Assembly: GCA_963745235.1 (NCBI GenBank)
Contig: CAVUXE010000073.1
Location: 42,932-106,931 of the forward strand
Source: an uncultured Spirochaetota bacterium
GTDB taxonomy: Bacteria; Spirochaetota; Spirochaetia; SZUA-6; Fen-1364
Length of the DNA: 64,000 nucleotides
Reading direction: 5' to 3'
Shown: positions 1-10,518 of the stretch, piece by piece
How positions within the stretch are numbered: the stretch's first letter is position 1
Layout of the letters: every line of letters starts with the position of its first letter
The notes under the pieces: model-generated
Database searches by the model: none
What the model was told of the DNA's origin: nothing
Seen by the model: only the letters and a program-made list of their open reading frames with translations
Position numbers and translations under genes: made by a program

Positions 1-73
1 GGTTGCGGGACCTCAGTCCGTTCAGGTCACTGATCAGTGACTGGATCTTGGACTTCTCTTCGGCCTTTACCAT
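1..73 (-). CDS. 5' end of a hypothetical protein running off the window (MVKAEEKSKIQSLISDLNGLRSRN...)
   Basis: ATG at 73 on the minus strand preceded by GGGAGGA SD; open to the window edge; downstream of kbl. Confidence 0.55.
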   Translation of the reverse strand, partial: MVKAEEKSKIQSLISDLNGLRSRN

Positions 74-109
74 AGAGTCCTCCCATCATGTGGCCTGGCG
101 ATGCCCTCA

Positions 110-1321
110 TTATAGCAGAACAGGCCTGTCTTCGACGATCCCCAGCGCGGCCCCCACGCGTACAAAAGCGCGGAGCGCCGTGAGCAGGTCCTCCCGCGTG
201 TGCAGGGCGGAGAGCTGCACGCGGATGCGCGCCTGGCCCTTCGGGACCACGGGATAGCTGAACCCGATCACGTAGATGCCCTCGTCGAGAAGCCGTCGCG
301 CCATTTCGGCCGCCCGGTTCTCTTCGAAAAGCATGATGGGGACGATGGGGTGGGAGCCCGGCCTGACGTCGAACCCCGCGGCAGTGATCCCCGCGCGGAA
401 GAGGCGCGCATTCTCCTCCAGCCTGTCCCGCAGCTCGGTGCTCTCTGTCAGGAGCTGCAGGACCGCAAGGGTCGTCGCTGCGACCATGGGCGCGAGGGAG
501 TTGGAGAACAGGTACGGCCTGCTGCGCTGGCGCAGGAGCTGGACCATCTCCCGCCGGCCCGACACGCAGCCCCCCGTGGCGCCGCCGAGCGCCTTGCCGA
601 ACGTGGTGGTGATTGCATCGATGCGGCCCATCACGCCGAGATGCTCGGCCGTCCCGCGGCCCGTCCTGCCGACAAAGCCGGTCGCATGGCTGTCGTCCAC
701 CATGACGAGCGCGCCACGGCGCTCCGCGAGCTCGCAGATCTCCGGCAGCTTCGCGAAATCTCCATCCATGGAGAAGACGCCGTCGGTCACCACCAGTCGC
801 ACGTCACAGCCGGAGGCCTCGGCAAGCTTGCGCTCCAGGTCCGCCATGTCGCCGTGCGCGTAGATGAAGCGGCGGGCCTTGCACAGCCGGGCCCCATCGA
901 TGATGGAGGCATGATTGAGCTGGTCCGTGATCAGGGCGCACTCATCGTCAAGCAGAGGCTCGAAGATCCCTCCGTTGGCATCGAAGCACGACGAGTAAAG
1001 GACGGTGTCCTCCGTCCCGAGGAACTCCGACATGCGAAGCTCAAGCTCCCGGTGGACCTCCTGCGTTCCGCAGATGAATCGCACCGAGGCCATCCCGTAT
1101 CCCCACCTGTCCAGGGCCTGGTGGGCGGCTGCAATGACCGCCGGATGAGACGCCAGGCCGAGGTAATTGTTCGCGCAGAAGTTCAGGACCTCCCTGCCGG
1201 GGGCGACACGGATCCTGACTCCCTGCGGGCTGCCGATGATCCGCTCCTCTTTGAAGGTGCCCGCCCCGCGGATCCCCTCCACCGCCGCTGAAAGCCTCTG
1301 GCGCGTTTTCTGGTCAAGCAT
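110..1321 (-). CDS. kbl: Glycine C-acetyltransferase (2-amino-3-ketobutyrate CoA ligase)
   Basis: [44 protein letters not shown] (PLP Lys), RSRPYLFSN; start overlaps the tdh stop. Confidence 0.95.
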   Translation of the reverse strand: MLDQKTRQRLSAAVEGIRGAGTFKEERIIGSPQGVRIRVAPGREVLNFCANNYLGLASHPAVIAAAHQALDRWGYGMASVRFICGTQEVHRELELRMSEFLGTEDTVLYSSCFDANGGIFEPLLDDECALITDQLNHASIIDGARLCKARRFIYAHGDMADLERKLAEASGCDVRLVVTDGVFSMDGDFAKLPEICELAERRGALVMVDDSHATGFVGRTGRGTAEHLGVMGRIDAITTTFGKALGGATGGCVSGRREMVQLLRQRSRPYLFSNSLAPMVAATTLAVLQLLTESTELRDRLEENARLFRAGITAAGFDVRPGSHPIVPIMLFEENRAAEMARRLLDEGIYVIGFSYPVVPKGQARIRVQLSALHTREDLLTALRAFVRVGAALGIVEDRPVLL

Positions 1322-2363
1322 CCTGGCTGTCCTCCGCAATCTCAAGGACGACTTTTCCGCAGCTGCCCGACTGCATCGCTTCGAAACCCCTGCGGAACTC
1401 CGCCAGCGGGAATCTATGGGTGAGGACTGCGGAGACGTCCAGCCCGCTCTGGAGCATTGTCTGCATCTTGTACCATGTCTCGAAGATCTCCCGTCCGTAG
1501 ATCCCCTTGATGATCAGCCCCTTGAAGATCACCTGGTCCCAGCGTATTCCGGTCGAGTTGGGGAGGATCCCCAGGAGAGCGATGCGTCCCCCGTGGTACA
1601 TGTTTTCCAGCATGGATTCGAAGGCCGCCCCGTTGCCCGACATTTCCAGGCCGATGTCGAACCCGATGATCCCGAGCTCGTTCCGCGTTTCCGCGATGCT
1701 GGTCCGCGTGACGTTCACCGTCTTCGTGGCCCCCATGCGCGCAGCGAGCCCGAGCCGGTAGTCGTTGACGTCGGTGACCACGATCCTCTGCGCCCCGCAG
1801 TGACGGCAGATGGCCGCGGCCATGACCCCGATGGGGCCGGCGCCGGTGATCAGGACGTCCTCCCCGACGAGGTCGAAAGAGAGGGCGGAATGTGTCGCGT
1901 TGCCAAGCGGGTCCAGGAAGGAGGCGATCTCCGAGGGGATGCGGGGATGGACGTGCCAGGCGTTGCCGGACGGGAGGGAGAGGTACTCGGCAAAACAGCC
2001 GTCCCGGTTGACGCCGATCCCCACCGTGTTGGTGCACAGGTGCCTGCGGCCCGCCCGGCAGCTCCGACAGACGCCGCAGAAGATGTGCCCTTCACCCGAG
2101 ACGCGCTCCCCGATCTCGTAGCCCCGTACGTTCGCCCCCATTGCGACGATCCTGCCGACGAACTCGTGGCCGATCGTCAGGGGAGGCTTGATGGTTCTCT
2201 GCGACCACTCGTCCCAGTTCCAGATATGGAGGTCCGTCCCGCAGATGGCGGCCTTTGCCACCCGCACGAGGAGATCGTTCCCGCCGATCTCGGGAATCGG
2301 GACCTCCTGCATCTCCAGGCCGGCACCGGCAGTCTTTTTCACAAGGGCTTTCATGGCCGTCAC
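1314..2363 (-). CDS. tdh: L-threonine 3-dehydrogenase
   Basis: [22 protein letters not shown], structural Zn Cys cluster [28 protein letters not shown]; start could be 2354. Confidence 0.95.
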   Translation of the reverse strand: MTAMKALVKKTAGAGLEMQEVPIPEIGGNDLLVRVAKAAICGTDLHIWNWDEWSQRTIKPPLTIGHEFVGRIVAMGANVRGYEIGERVSGEGHIFCGVCRSCRAGRRHLCTNTVGIGVNRDGCFAEYLSLPSGNAWHVHPRIPSEIASFLDPLGNATHSALSFDLVGEDVLITGAGPIGVMAAAICRHCGAQRIVVTDVNDYRLGLAARMGATKTVNVTRTSIAETRNELGIIGFDIGLEMSGNGAAFESMLENMYHGGRIALLGILPNSTGIRWDQVIFKGLIIKGIYGREIFETWYKMQTMLQSGLDVSAVLTHRFPLAEFRRGFEAMQSGSCGKVVLEIAEDSQDA

Positions 2364-2773
2364 GCGTATTTGCGGTTGATCAGCCAGAGCGCGGCAAGGA
2401 TGATCACGTCCGCCGAGAGCCGGTTGAGCCAGATGATGAAGTCCGGCTCGAAGAGTCCCTGGGCAAAGAAGCCGATGACGATCTCCACGATCCAGAGGAT
2501 CGCGATCACGACGGTCAGCCAGTAGATGAGCCGGCTTCGGACCGCGATGAAAAGGGCGCCGAAGACGATCACCCCCGCCGCGAGCTGGACGATCGCAATG
2601 ACGACGTTGACCGGATTGTTCGAGCCGCCGATGAGCCTCGTCAGGCCGCGGCCAAACTGGGACGCCTCGGAGCTCCAGTCAGCAATGCCAATGAGGCCAA
2701 GGGTGAAAAGAAAGAGCCCCACGACTATCTGCAGGACGCTCACTGCATCGAACGAAAGGGTTTTCCTGGTCAT
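2360..2773 (-). CDS. Hypothetical membrane protein (~137 aa, ~4 TM)
   Basis: ATG 2773 with GAGGAGGA SD; hydrophobic segments; stop overlaps the tdh start. Confidence 0.75.
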   Translation of the reverse strand: MTRKTLSFDAVSVLQIVVGLFLFTLGLIGIADWSSEASQFGRGLTRLIGGSNNPVNVVIAIVQLAAGVIVFGALFIAVRSRLIYWLTVVIAILWIVEIVIGFFAQGLFEPDFIIWLNRLSADVIILAALWLINRKYA

Positions 2774-2825
2774 TGTATCCTCCTCAGCCTGAGAAGTGTA
2801 TCCTGCCCAGGCACTCCGTTCCAGT

Positions 2826-2897
2826 CGATCAAAATGAATCAAAATCATTTTCGAAAAATCGATTTTGCTTGACAGGTGGCGAGCGGCAACGGATAAT
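2826..2897 (+). promoter_or_regulatory. Sigma70 promoter of the sugar ABC operon with upstream AT-rich operator-like repeats
   Basis: TTGACA (2869-2874), 17 bp, GATAAT (2892-2897); ATCAAAAT direct repeat at 10-bp period (2828, 2838) and AAAATCGATTTT palindrome (2855-2866). Confidence 0.7.
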
Positions 2898-2935
2898 GAG
2901 CGGCATATCACCACAAGATCCCAAAGGAGGATGAT

Positions 2936-4064
2936 GTGAGAAAACTGTTCTTGTTCCTTGTTCCCGTTCTGATCCTGTCCGCATTGGCCCCTGCATTTGC
3001 CCAGGGCAAGACGTACAAGGTCGGAGTCATTCCCAAGTTCATCGCGGAGGACTACTTCATCGCATGTGAGCGCGGCTTCCGGCAGGCGGAGAAGGAGCTG
3101 GGCAACATCAAGGTCGACTGGATCGGAGATACGATGTCCCAGACATCGGCCGCCAACCAGAAGAACTATATCCAGAGCTTCATCGACAAGGGGTATGACG
3201 CCATCCTGGTGTCTGCGCTCGACCCGGAGAGCTATGCGGACACGCTCCGCGCCGCCCGGGCCAAAGGCATCAAGGTCATCACCTGGGACGCGGATGTAAA
3301 TCCGACTGCCCGGGACTTCTTCGTCAACCAGGTGGAAAGCGATCACATCGCCATCCAGCTCTTGAAGGGCCTGTCAGGGGACCTCAGCAAGTACACCCCT
3401 GCCAACAAGGCGACGGTGGCCATTGTTTCCACCACCAACGACTCCCCGAACCAGAACGCGTGGGTGAAGGCAATCGTCAACGAGTACACCAGCAAGAAGA
3501 CGACCGACTACAAGCATCTGAACATCCTGGTCGCCCCTGACCAGATCGTGTACGCGGGAAATGACCAGGGCGCCGCTGAAGAAAAGGTCAAATCCCTCCT
3601 GAGCGCCAACAAGGGGCTCAAGGGCATCATCGCCCTGTCCTCCCTGACCGTCCCGGCGGTCTCCGCCGCCCGCGACCAGCTCGGCATCAGCGAGTCGATC
3701 AAAATCGTCGGAATCAGCGTTCCCGAGTCTTCGCGCAAGGACCTGGAGCAGGACAAGATTTCTTCCCTGGTTCTCTGGCAGCCGTTCGACCTGGGCTACC
3801 TGACGCTGTACGTCACGGAAGACGTCCTCAAGGGCAATCCGCCCAAGGGCCCGGTCTACAAGTCACCGCTCAGCGGCACCAACCAGATCACCAGCTTCAT
3901 GGACGGGACGACGGTCATCAAGTATCCGGCCGCCGGCCACAAGATGATGGCGGACAACGTCATTATCCTCGGAGAGCCCATGGTGGTGAATTTCGAAGAA
4001 CATCGATCGCTTCCGCGGCTATCCCAAGCTCGCAAGCGGAATGACTTTCTTCAAGCAGAAGTAG
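2936..4064 (+). CDS. Sugar ABC substrate-binding protein (RhaS/LsrB-like); +1 indel near 3991
   Basis: Signal peptide, IPKFIAEDYF, GIKVITWDAD, LWQPFDLGY; removing one T at ~3991 gives ...VNSKNIDRFRGYPKLASGMTFFKQK* ending at 4064, just before a strong hairpin. Confidence 0.85.
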
Positions 4065-4081
4065 CGAACGCGTATCTCGAA

Positions 4082-4109
4082 GTCGGGCTTCCCGGAAGGG
4101 AAGCCCGAC
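4082..4109 (+). terminator. Perfect 12-bp hairpin after the binding-protein gene (stabiliser or partial terminator)
   Basis: GTCGGGCTTCCC-GGAA-GGGAAGCCCGAC; no strong U-tract. Confidence 0.65.
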
Positions 4110-4167
4110 CGTTGTCTGGCTTCCCCGTTCATTTGACCGGATTCATACTCCGCTTTAGAATGGAACC

Positions 4168-5698
4168 GTGAACATGGCGAGTGAGTTTGCAGAGTCCGAC
4201 ATCGTGCTCCAGATCCAGGGCGTCACCAAGACGTTTCCTGGAGTGGTGGCTCTTTCCGGCATGACCATTGACCTGCGGCGGGCAGAAGTGCACGCGGTGT
4301 GCGGGGAGAACGGCGCCGGGCAAGTCCACCCTCATGAAGTTGATCACGGGCATCTACCAGCCTGATTCCGGCACCATGAAGCTGAACGGGAAGCTCCTGA
4401 AGCTCCATAATCCCAACGACGCATATGCAAAAGGCATTGCAATCATCTTCCAGGAAACAAGCCTTTTCCCGGAGCTTTCCGTCCTGGAAAACATCTTCAT
4501 GGGCCACGAGATCAGGAAGCCGCTTCTCGGTTTCGCGGGCTTTGTCCAGATTCTCGACTACGAGGCCATGCGGACCAAGGCGCGGGAGATATTTACGCGT
4601 CTTGGGATCGAGGTGGACCTGGAGGGCCGCGTTTCGGAGCTGGGCGTCGCGACAAAGCAGATCGTGGAGATTGCCAAGGCCCTGTCGTTCGACTCCCGGA
4701 TCCTCATCCTGGACGAGCCGACTGCGGCTTTGACCAGCAAGGAAGTGGACACGCTTTTCGAGACCATCACGAAGCTGAAGGCCCACGGGGTCTCGATGCT
4801 CTACATCAGCCACCGCCTGGATGAGATCTTCCAGATTGCGGACCGGGTCACCGTCATACGGGACGGGGAGTACGTGCAGACAGAAGAGGTCTCCCGGGTC
4901 ACCCGGGACCAGCTCGTTTCCTGGATGGTCGGGCGCACGCTGAGCAACCTCTATCCCAAGGAGGACGTGGACATCGGGGAGGTCGTGTTCGAGGCGCGCG
5001 GCATCCGGCAGGAAGGCGTCCTCAGGGACGTGAACCTCACGCTTCGCCGAGGGGAGATCCTCGGCCTCTCCGGACTGGCAGGCGCCGGTCGCACCGAGCT
5101 GGCGCTCGTCCTCTGCGGCCTGGCGCGGCCGGATGCCGGGGAGATCCTTATTGACGGCGCGCGGGTGCATATTGCCGACTATCGATCCGCCATGGAGAAG
5201 GGGATCGTCTACATATCGGAGGACCGGCAGAAGTACGGCCTGGTGGTTCCCATGACCGTCCGGGAGAATATCACGCTGCCCCTTCTCCTGCGCCTTTCCG
5301 GCTTTCTCGGCATCATCGACACCGCCAGGGAAGTTGCAATCAGCCGGACGTACATCGAGAGCCTGTCCATCAAGACGCCCGGCGGGGATTTCGTCGTGAA
5401 CAACCTCTCCGGCGGCAATCAGCAGAAGGTATCCGTCGCGAAAGCGCTCGCCACGGGACCGCGGATCCTCATTCTTGACGAGCCGACCCGGGGCGTGGAT
5501 GTCGGCGCGAAGAGCGAGATCCACCGCATCATCAGCACCCTGGCAAAGGAAGGGAAATCCATCATCATGATCTCAAGCGACCTGCCGGAGATCCTCGGGA
5601 TGAGTGACCGCGTGCTCGTCATGAAGAACGGCGCCGCGCAGGGGGAGCTCATGCGCGACCAGCTGAGCCAGGAAAAAGTCCTGCGGATGGCGCTGTGA
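4168..5698 (+). CDS. Sugar ABC ATP-binding protein (CUT2, two NBDs); frameshift near 4320
   Basis: GENGAG|KSTL split by an extra G; [30 protein letters not shown]. Confidence 0.9.
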
Positions 5699-6682
5699 TG
5701 GAAGGGTCCCTGACACGGAAGCGCCGCGTCACGCGGGAGTTCACCCTGGGGGCGCTGGTCGCCGCCTACATCGTCTTTCTGGCGCTCACAACCGGCTTCG
5801 GCAGCACGTCGGGCCTTTTCAGCATGATGCTGGACGTGAGCCCGACCATCGTGGGGGCCATTGCGCTCTCGCTCATCATCTTCACGGGCAACATCGACAT
5901 TTCGGCGGGGACAATCCTCGGCTTCGTCGGGTTCGTGGCCGCCATCCTCGCGAAGGCGGGACTGCCCATCGTGGTGTGGCTGCCCGCGGGCCTGCTGACG
6001 GGCATGTTCCTTGCCGGACTCAACGGCTGGCTCAGCGTTACTTTCCGGGTGCCGACCATCGTCGTCACCCTCGCAATGAACATGGTCCACATCGGTTTCT
6101 ACGTGACCTTTCTGCCCAACGCTGGCTGGGTGCTGAACCTGAGTGACTCCTTCACGGCCCTCGGCCAGGGAAGATTCTTCGGTCTGGTCCCCTACATCTT
6201 CGTGATCGCCGTGGCCGTTGCGGCCCTGCTCATCTGGGTCGTCAAGTACACGAGGTTCGGCAAGGCCCTCTACGCGGTGGGCGGCAACAGGCAGGCCTCC
6301 ATCTATGCGGGAATCAATCCCGACAGGACGGTCCTTGTGGCCTTCCTGGTGGAGGGGTTGCTCCTGGGCGTTGCCGGGCATCCTGAAGGCCACCACGGCG
6401 AACAGGCTCATGCCCTCGGTCTTCCAGGGACGGGAGATGATCTTCATCGCGGCGGCCGTGGTCGGCGGCGTCAACATCATGGGCGGCTCAGGCAAGCTGC
6501 TCGGTGCCGTGTTCGGCGCGCTCCTCGTCTACCTGCTCAGCATCACGATGATCTACCTCGGGTTCCAGGACTACTTCCAGTTCGCCCTCCAGGGAATCAT
6601 CATCCTGATCGCGGTCTTCATCACCGTGACGGATTTCGGTCCCGCGCGGAAATTACTCAGGAAAGCCTTCCGGAGAGGATGA
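5698..6682 (+). CDS. Sugar ABC permease; frameshift near 6377
   Basis: GNIDISAG, FGKALYAVGGNRQAS, IAAAVVGGVNIMGGSG across two frames. Confidence 0.88.
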
Positions 6683-6683
6683 T

Positions 6684-7691
6684 GTGAGAGACACAGGCAT
6701 CATGTCGGACAACACACTGGGGCGGAGCACCCTGAGGGTCAGGGTCACCTACCAGGCCGCCCTCGGCCTCCTCCTTGTTGCGCTCATCGTTTTCTTCGGG
6801 CTCATCCAGCCCGTCTTCTTCCACCCCTCGGTCCTCTTCGACGCGACCTCCATCGTCGGTGAAATCGGCATCATGGCCCTCGCCATGACGTTCATCATCA
6901 CCACGGGCGGCATCGATCTCTCCGTGGGCTACATTCTCCAGCTCTCCGCCATCGTTTTTGGCGTTGTGCTCCAGGACACCCGGAGCCTGGCTCTGGCCAT
7001 CCCGGCCGCCCTGGCCGCGGGCGCCTGCTGCGGCTTCATCAACGGGATCATCATCTCCCGGACAAGGATCCCGCCCCTTGTTACAACGCTTGCGACAATG
7101 AACCTCTTTCGCGGTATTTCCTTCATCATCGCCGGGATCAACTCGTACACCGGCTTCCCGGAAGGGTTCAAGAAGATATCCACCTACCTCGTCCTGGGGG
7201 TCGTGCCCATCCAGTTCTTCTACTTCATTGTCCTTTTCATCTTCTTCCACCTGGTCTACGCCCGCGGCAGGCTGGGAAGAGACCTCAAGGGAATCGGTTT
7301 CAACGAGAACGTCCTCATCTTCTCCGGCATAAAGACGAAGCAGGTCCTGCTCTCCATTTACACTCTCTGCGGGCTCATGTGCGGCATCGCCGCCCTCATC
7401 TATCTGGGGAGGCTCTCCTCCGCAAAGACGAGCATGGGGAACGATCTCAACCTCCAGGTCATCACCGCGGTGGTCCTCGGCGGCACCTCGATCATGGGCG
7501 GCGTGGGCAGCGTGATCGGCACGTTCATCGGGGTGCTGATCATCGGCGTTCTCCGGAAAGGCTTTACGCTGATCGACTTCAGCGGCAACATCTTCAATTT
7601 TACCCTGGGGCTCATCCTCATTGTCGCGCTCATCGTTTTCGCCCTGCTGGAGGAGCGGAAGAAAAACGCGGGCAGAACCAACATCCAATGA
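6684..7691 (+). CDS. Sugar ABC permease
   Basis: GGIDLSVG, ITAVVLGGTSIMGGVG, multiple TM segments. Confidence 0.9.
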   Translation: MRDTGIMSDNTLGRSTLRVRVTYQAALGLLLVALIVFFGLIQPVFFHPSVLFDATSIVGEIGIMALAMTFIITTGGIDLSVGYILQLSAIVFGVVLQDTRSLALAIPAALAAGACCGFINGIIISRTRIPPLVTTLATMNLFRGISFIIAGINSYTGFPEGFKKISTYLVLGVVPIQFFYFIVLFIFFHLVYARGRLGRDLKGIGFNENVLIFSGIKTKQVLLSIYTLCGLMCGIAALIYLGRLSSAKTSMGNDLNLQVITAVVLGGTSIMGGVGSVIGTFIGVLIIGVLRKGFTLIDFSGNIFNFTLGLILIVALIVFALLEERKKNAGRTNIQ

Positions 7692-7704
7692 GTGACGGGC
7701 CTGA

Positions 7705-8472
7705 CTAGACCTGGACGATCTCGATCCCTCTCTCGCGCAGCGCCTTTATGATGGAAACGTTGGCCCGACGGGACGTGATGATCCGGGTGGCTTTCTCCAC
7801 GGGACACAGGATGAGGTGGCCCAACCTGCCGAACTTCGTCTCGTCCGCCAGTATGATGAGCTCTCGAGCGTGCGCTATCATGGCGCGCTCCATCTGGATG
7901 AGCAGCGGTTCCGAGTTCGTGAGGGCTGTTTCCGTGATGCCTTCGATTCCCATGAATGCCTTGTTCACATTGTAGTTGGCAAAGGGGTCAGCGCTCAGGT
8001 TGTTCAGAATGAGCTGGGAGCTCGGGTTGACGGTCCCCTCCGGCACGATGACCGTGCACCGGGAATGCCGCACCAGGTGATCAGCGATGGCGAAGGAGTT
8101 CGTCACCACCGTCACGTTCATCGTCGCAAGGTACTCCGCCATGTGGAAGGTGGTGGAGCCCCCGTCTATCATGATGGTCTCACCCGGCTCGATGAGCCCG
8201 CAGGCATGGCGGGCGATGCGGCGCTTTTTCTCCTGGTTGACGCTGACACGTCGCGCCAGGGGGGCCTCCGCCTGCAGAGGCGCTCCGCGCTCCTGGGCGA
8301 TCTCCACGCCGCCGCGCACCCTGCGCAGCCGCTTTTCTTTTTCCAGCTCGATGAAATCGCGGCGGATGGTTGCCTCGGAAGCGCCCGTGGCTTCAACGAT
8401 GTCGTGAATGCTTGCAAAGGTATGCAGGTCGAGCAGACGGAAGATGGTCTGTTTGCGTTCCCGTTCGAGCAT
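7705..8472 (-). CDS. DeoR-family transcriptional regulator, resembling rhizobial rhamnose RhaR
   Basis: ASEATIRRD HTH, RRVRGG, IDGGSTT, VVTNSFAIADHL, ADETKFG; GAGGAGG SD. Confidence 0.9.
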   Translation of the reverse strand: MLERERKQTIFRLLDLHTFASIHDIVEATGASEATIRRDFIELEKEKRLRRVRGGVEIAQERGAPLQAEAPLARRVSVNQEKKRRIARHACGLIEPGETIMIDGGSTTFHMAEYLATMNVTVVTNSFAIADHLVRHSRCTVIVPEGTVNPSSQLILNNLSADPFANYNVNKAFMGIEGITETALTNSEPLLIQMERAMIAHARELIILADETKFGRLGHLILCPVEKATRIITSRRANVSIIKALRERGIEIVQV

Positions 8473-8579
8473 GCCCGACCTCCTCACATACGAATCATTA
8501 TGCATGGCAATCGACAGAAAGCAATCGGAATCGATCCTTCATGATTGAAATCCAGCGAATTCCGTGCAACCATCCGGGG

Positions 8580-9677
8580 ATGAAATCGAAAGAACGCGTT
8601 CTGCGCGCCTTCGGCCGTTCACCGGGCATGCCTGACAGGATGCCTCTCCAGTTCGATCTTTGCCGGACTCTCACCGAAGCATTTGCAAAGAGGCTCGGCA
8701 TCGCGCCCGAGTATGCGATGTCCTACTACGAGGATCTCACCTATCGCATATCGGCGAACGGGATCCGCACCGCGCTCGGCAGCGACTGCATCGTGGTGGG
8801 GGGCACGGTCCGATCGGGCTTTGTCCCCGAGCCGGTCGAAGGAGGAGCGGCCAGGAACGAGTTCGGGATGCACATGAAGCCGACCGCGCTGTACGTGGAG
8901 GCGGTGAAATGTCCCCTGGAGTCCGCGGAGTCCAGGTCCGACATCGACTCCTACGCGTTCCCCGACCCCTCGGCCCCCGGCCGCTTCGATGCGGCGCGCA
9001 GGGACATCGATCGCTACGGCGAGGCGTTTTTCGTCATTGGTGACGTTGAGCTTTCGCTCTTCGAGCTTGCGTGGCACCTGACGGGGATGGAAAAGTACCT
9101 CATTGCGATGGCCATGGGTGAGGAGTGGGTGGACGCCGTGGATGAAAGCGTGGAACGCTGGACCACGGGACTTGCCCTCCAACTGGTCCAGGCCGGAGTG
9201 GATGCGCTCTGGTTCGGGGAGGACCTCGGCAGCCAGACTTCCATGCTCATCTCCCCCGAGCTGTGGCGCTCCCGCTACAAGCCCCGCCACAAGCGGATCA
9301 TAGAGGCCGTGAAGGCTGCGAATCCCGGGATCATCGTCATCATGCACTCGGACGGGGTGGTGGCACCGCTCATCGAGGACTTCATCCAGATCGGGGTGGA
9401 GGTCTACAACCCTGTTCAGCCCAACGTTCCAGGCTCGGATCCCGAGGAGCTCCAGCGGAAGTATGGGGGCCGCATCAGTTTCTTCGGCGGAATCGACCAG
9501 CAGTCCCTTCTGCCCGGCGGGGACAAGGCGGCCATCGCCTCCGAGCTCACCCGTCGGGCACATATCATGGGCTCCAAGGGCGGGTACCTGATGGCTCCCG
9601 CGCACATCATCCAGGCGGACGTCAGCGTCGAGACCGTGGAGCACATGATCTCGGTGGTGAAGGGAATCAGCTGCTGA
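8580..9677 (+). CDS. Uroporphyrinogen decarboxylase / methyltransferase-2-like (URO-D family) protein
   Basis: MKSKERVL..PDR, GEDLGSQ, MHSDG, NPVQP, FFGGIDQQ, GGYLMAPAH. Confidence 0.85.
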   Translation: MKSKERVLRAFGRSPGMPDRMPLQFDLCRTLTEAFAKRLGIAPEYAMSYYEDLTYRISANGIRTALGSDCIVVGGTVRSGFVPEPVEGGAARNEFGMHMKPTALYVEAVKCPLESAESRSDIDSYAFPDPSAPGRFDAARRDIDRYGEAFFVIGDVELSLFELAWHLTGMEKYLIAMAMGEEWVDAVDESVERWTTGLALQLVQAGVDALWFGEDLGSQTSMLISPELWRSRYKPRHKRIIEAVKAANPGIIVIMHSDGVVAPLIEDFIQIGVEVYNPVQPNVPGSDPEELQRKYGGRISFFGGIDQQSLLPGGDKAAIASELTRRAHIMGSKGGYLMAPAHIIQADVSVETVEHMISVVKGISC

Positions 9678-9704
9678 CGGGCCGGAGCAAGGCCACGCGG
9701 TCTT

Positions 9705-10518
9705 CTACGCCGACGCAGGTTCGACCGGTGGCATTCCTGTCATCCTGGCCGACATCCGGGCCACGAGGCCCCGCGGAGCGTGACGGAGGAGGAAGGTCAG
9801 GAAGGGCTTCCCCACGACCGTCAGGGGGGGCGGGTTCACGCGCCTGGTGAGCCGCAGGACGCTGTGCGCAACCGTTCGTGGGGAGGGCGCGGCACCTATC
9901 ATCGCGTCCCGCTTTTTCTTCACGCTCCTGACTGCCTCTGTGTAGGGAGACTTCTTCTTCATGATCAGCTCCTGGGGCAGGGTTGTTCGGACATACCAGG
10001 GAGCTATCACTGCAACCCTCACACCAGTGCCCGGCAAGCTCAATTCTGAGGCATTCCGTGAATGACCTGACGGCGGCCTTGCTGGCAGAATAGAGTGAGG
10101 AAAAAGGTGAGGGTGCTTCGCTCCTGATGGAGCCGATGAACAGGATCATGCCGCTTCGTCGCTCTCGCATTCCCGGAAGAAAAGCCTGCATCAGCGCAGC
10201 CGGACCGAAGAGGTTGACCTGGAAATGCTCACGCATCTTCCCCATGGGGATTTCTTCCGCCGGACCGATGGGACTCTCCCCGGCGTTGTTCACAAGGAGG
10301 TCGACATCCCCGACGGCCTGGACGAGGGATTGGATGGTCTTCTCCTTCCCCAGGTCCAGGGGAAGATAGCGCACCCCCTTCACGCGGTCCCTGGCGGCAA
10401 GACCGCGCGGGCTCCTGCAGGTGCCGGTGACTTCCCAGCCTTCACCGACCAGGGCTGCGGCGATGGCGCGTCCGATTCCTCGGGAAGCGCCGGTGACAAG
10501 AGCTTTCCCGATGCTCAT
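9705..10518 (-). CDS. Short-chain dehydrogenase/reductase; frameshift near 10035
   Basis: TGASRGIG, NNAG, YSASK; C-terminus in the next frame (GTGVRVAVIAP). Confidence 0.85.

Noticed and set aside
4065-4171. C-terminal extension of the sugar-binding protein
   Set aside because: Frameshift artefact that reads through a perfect hairpin; the corrected frame stops at 4064
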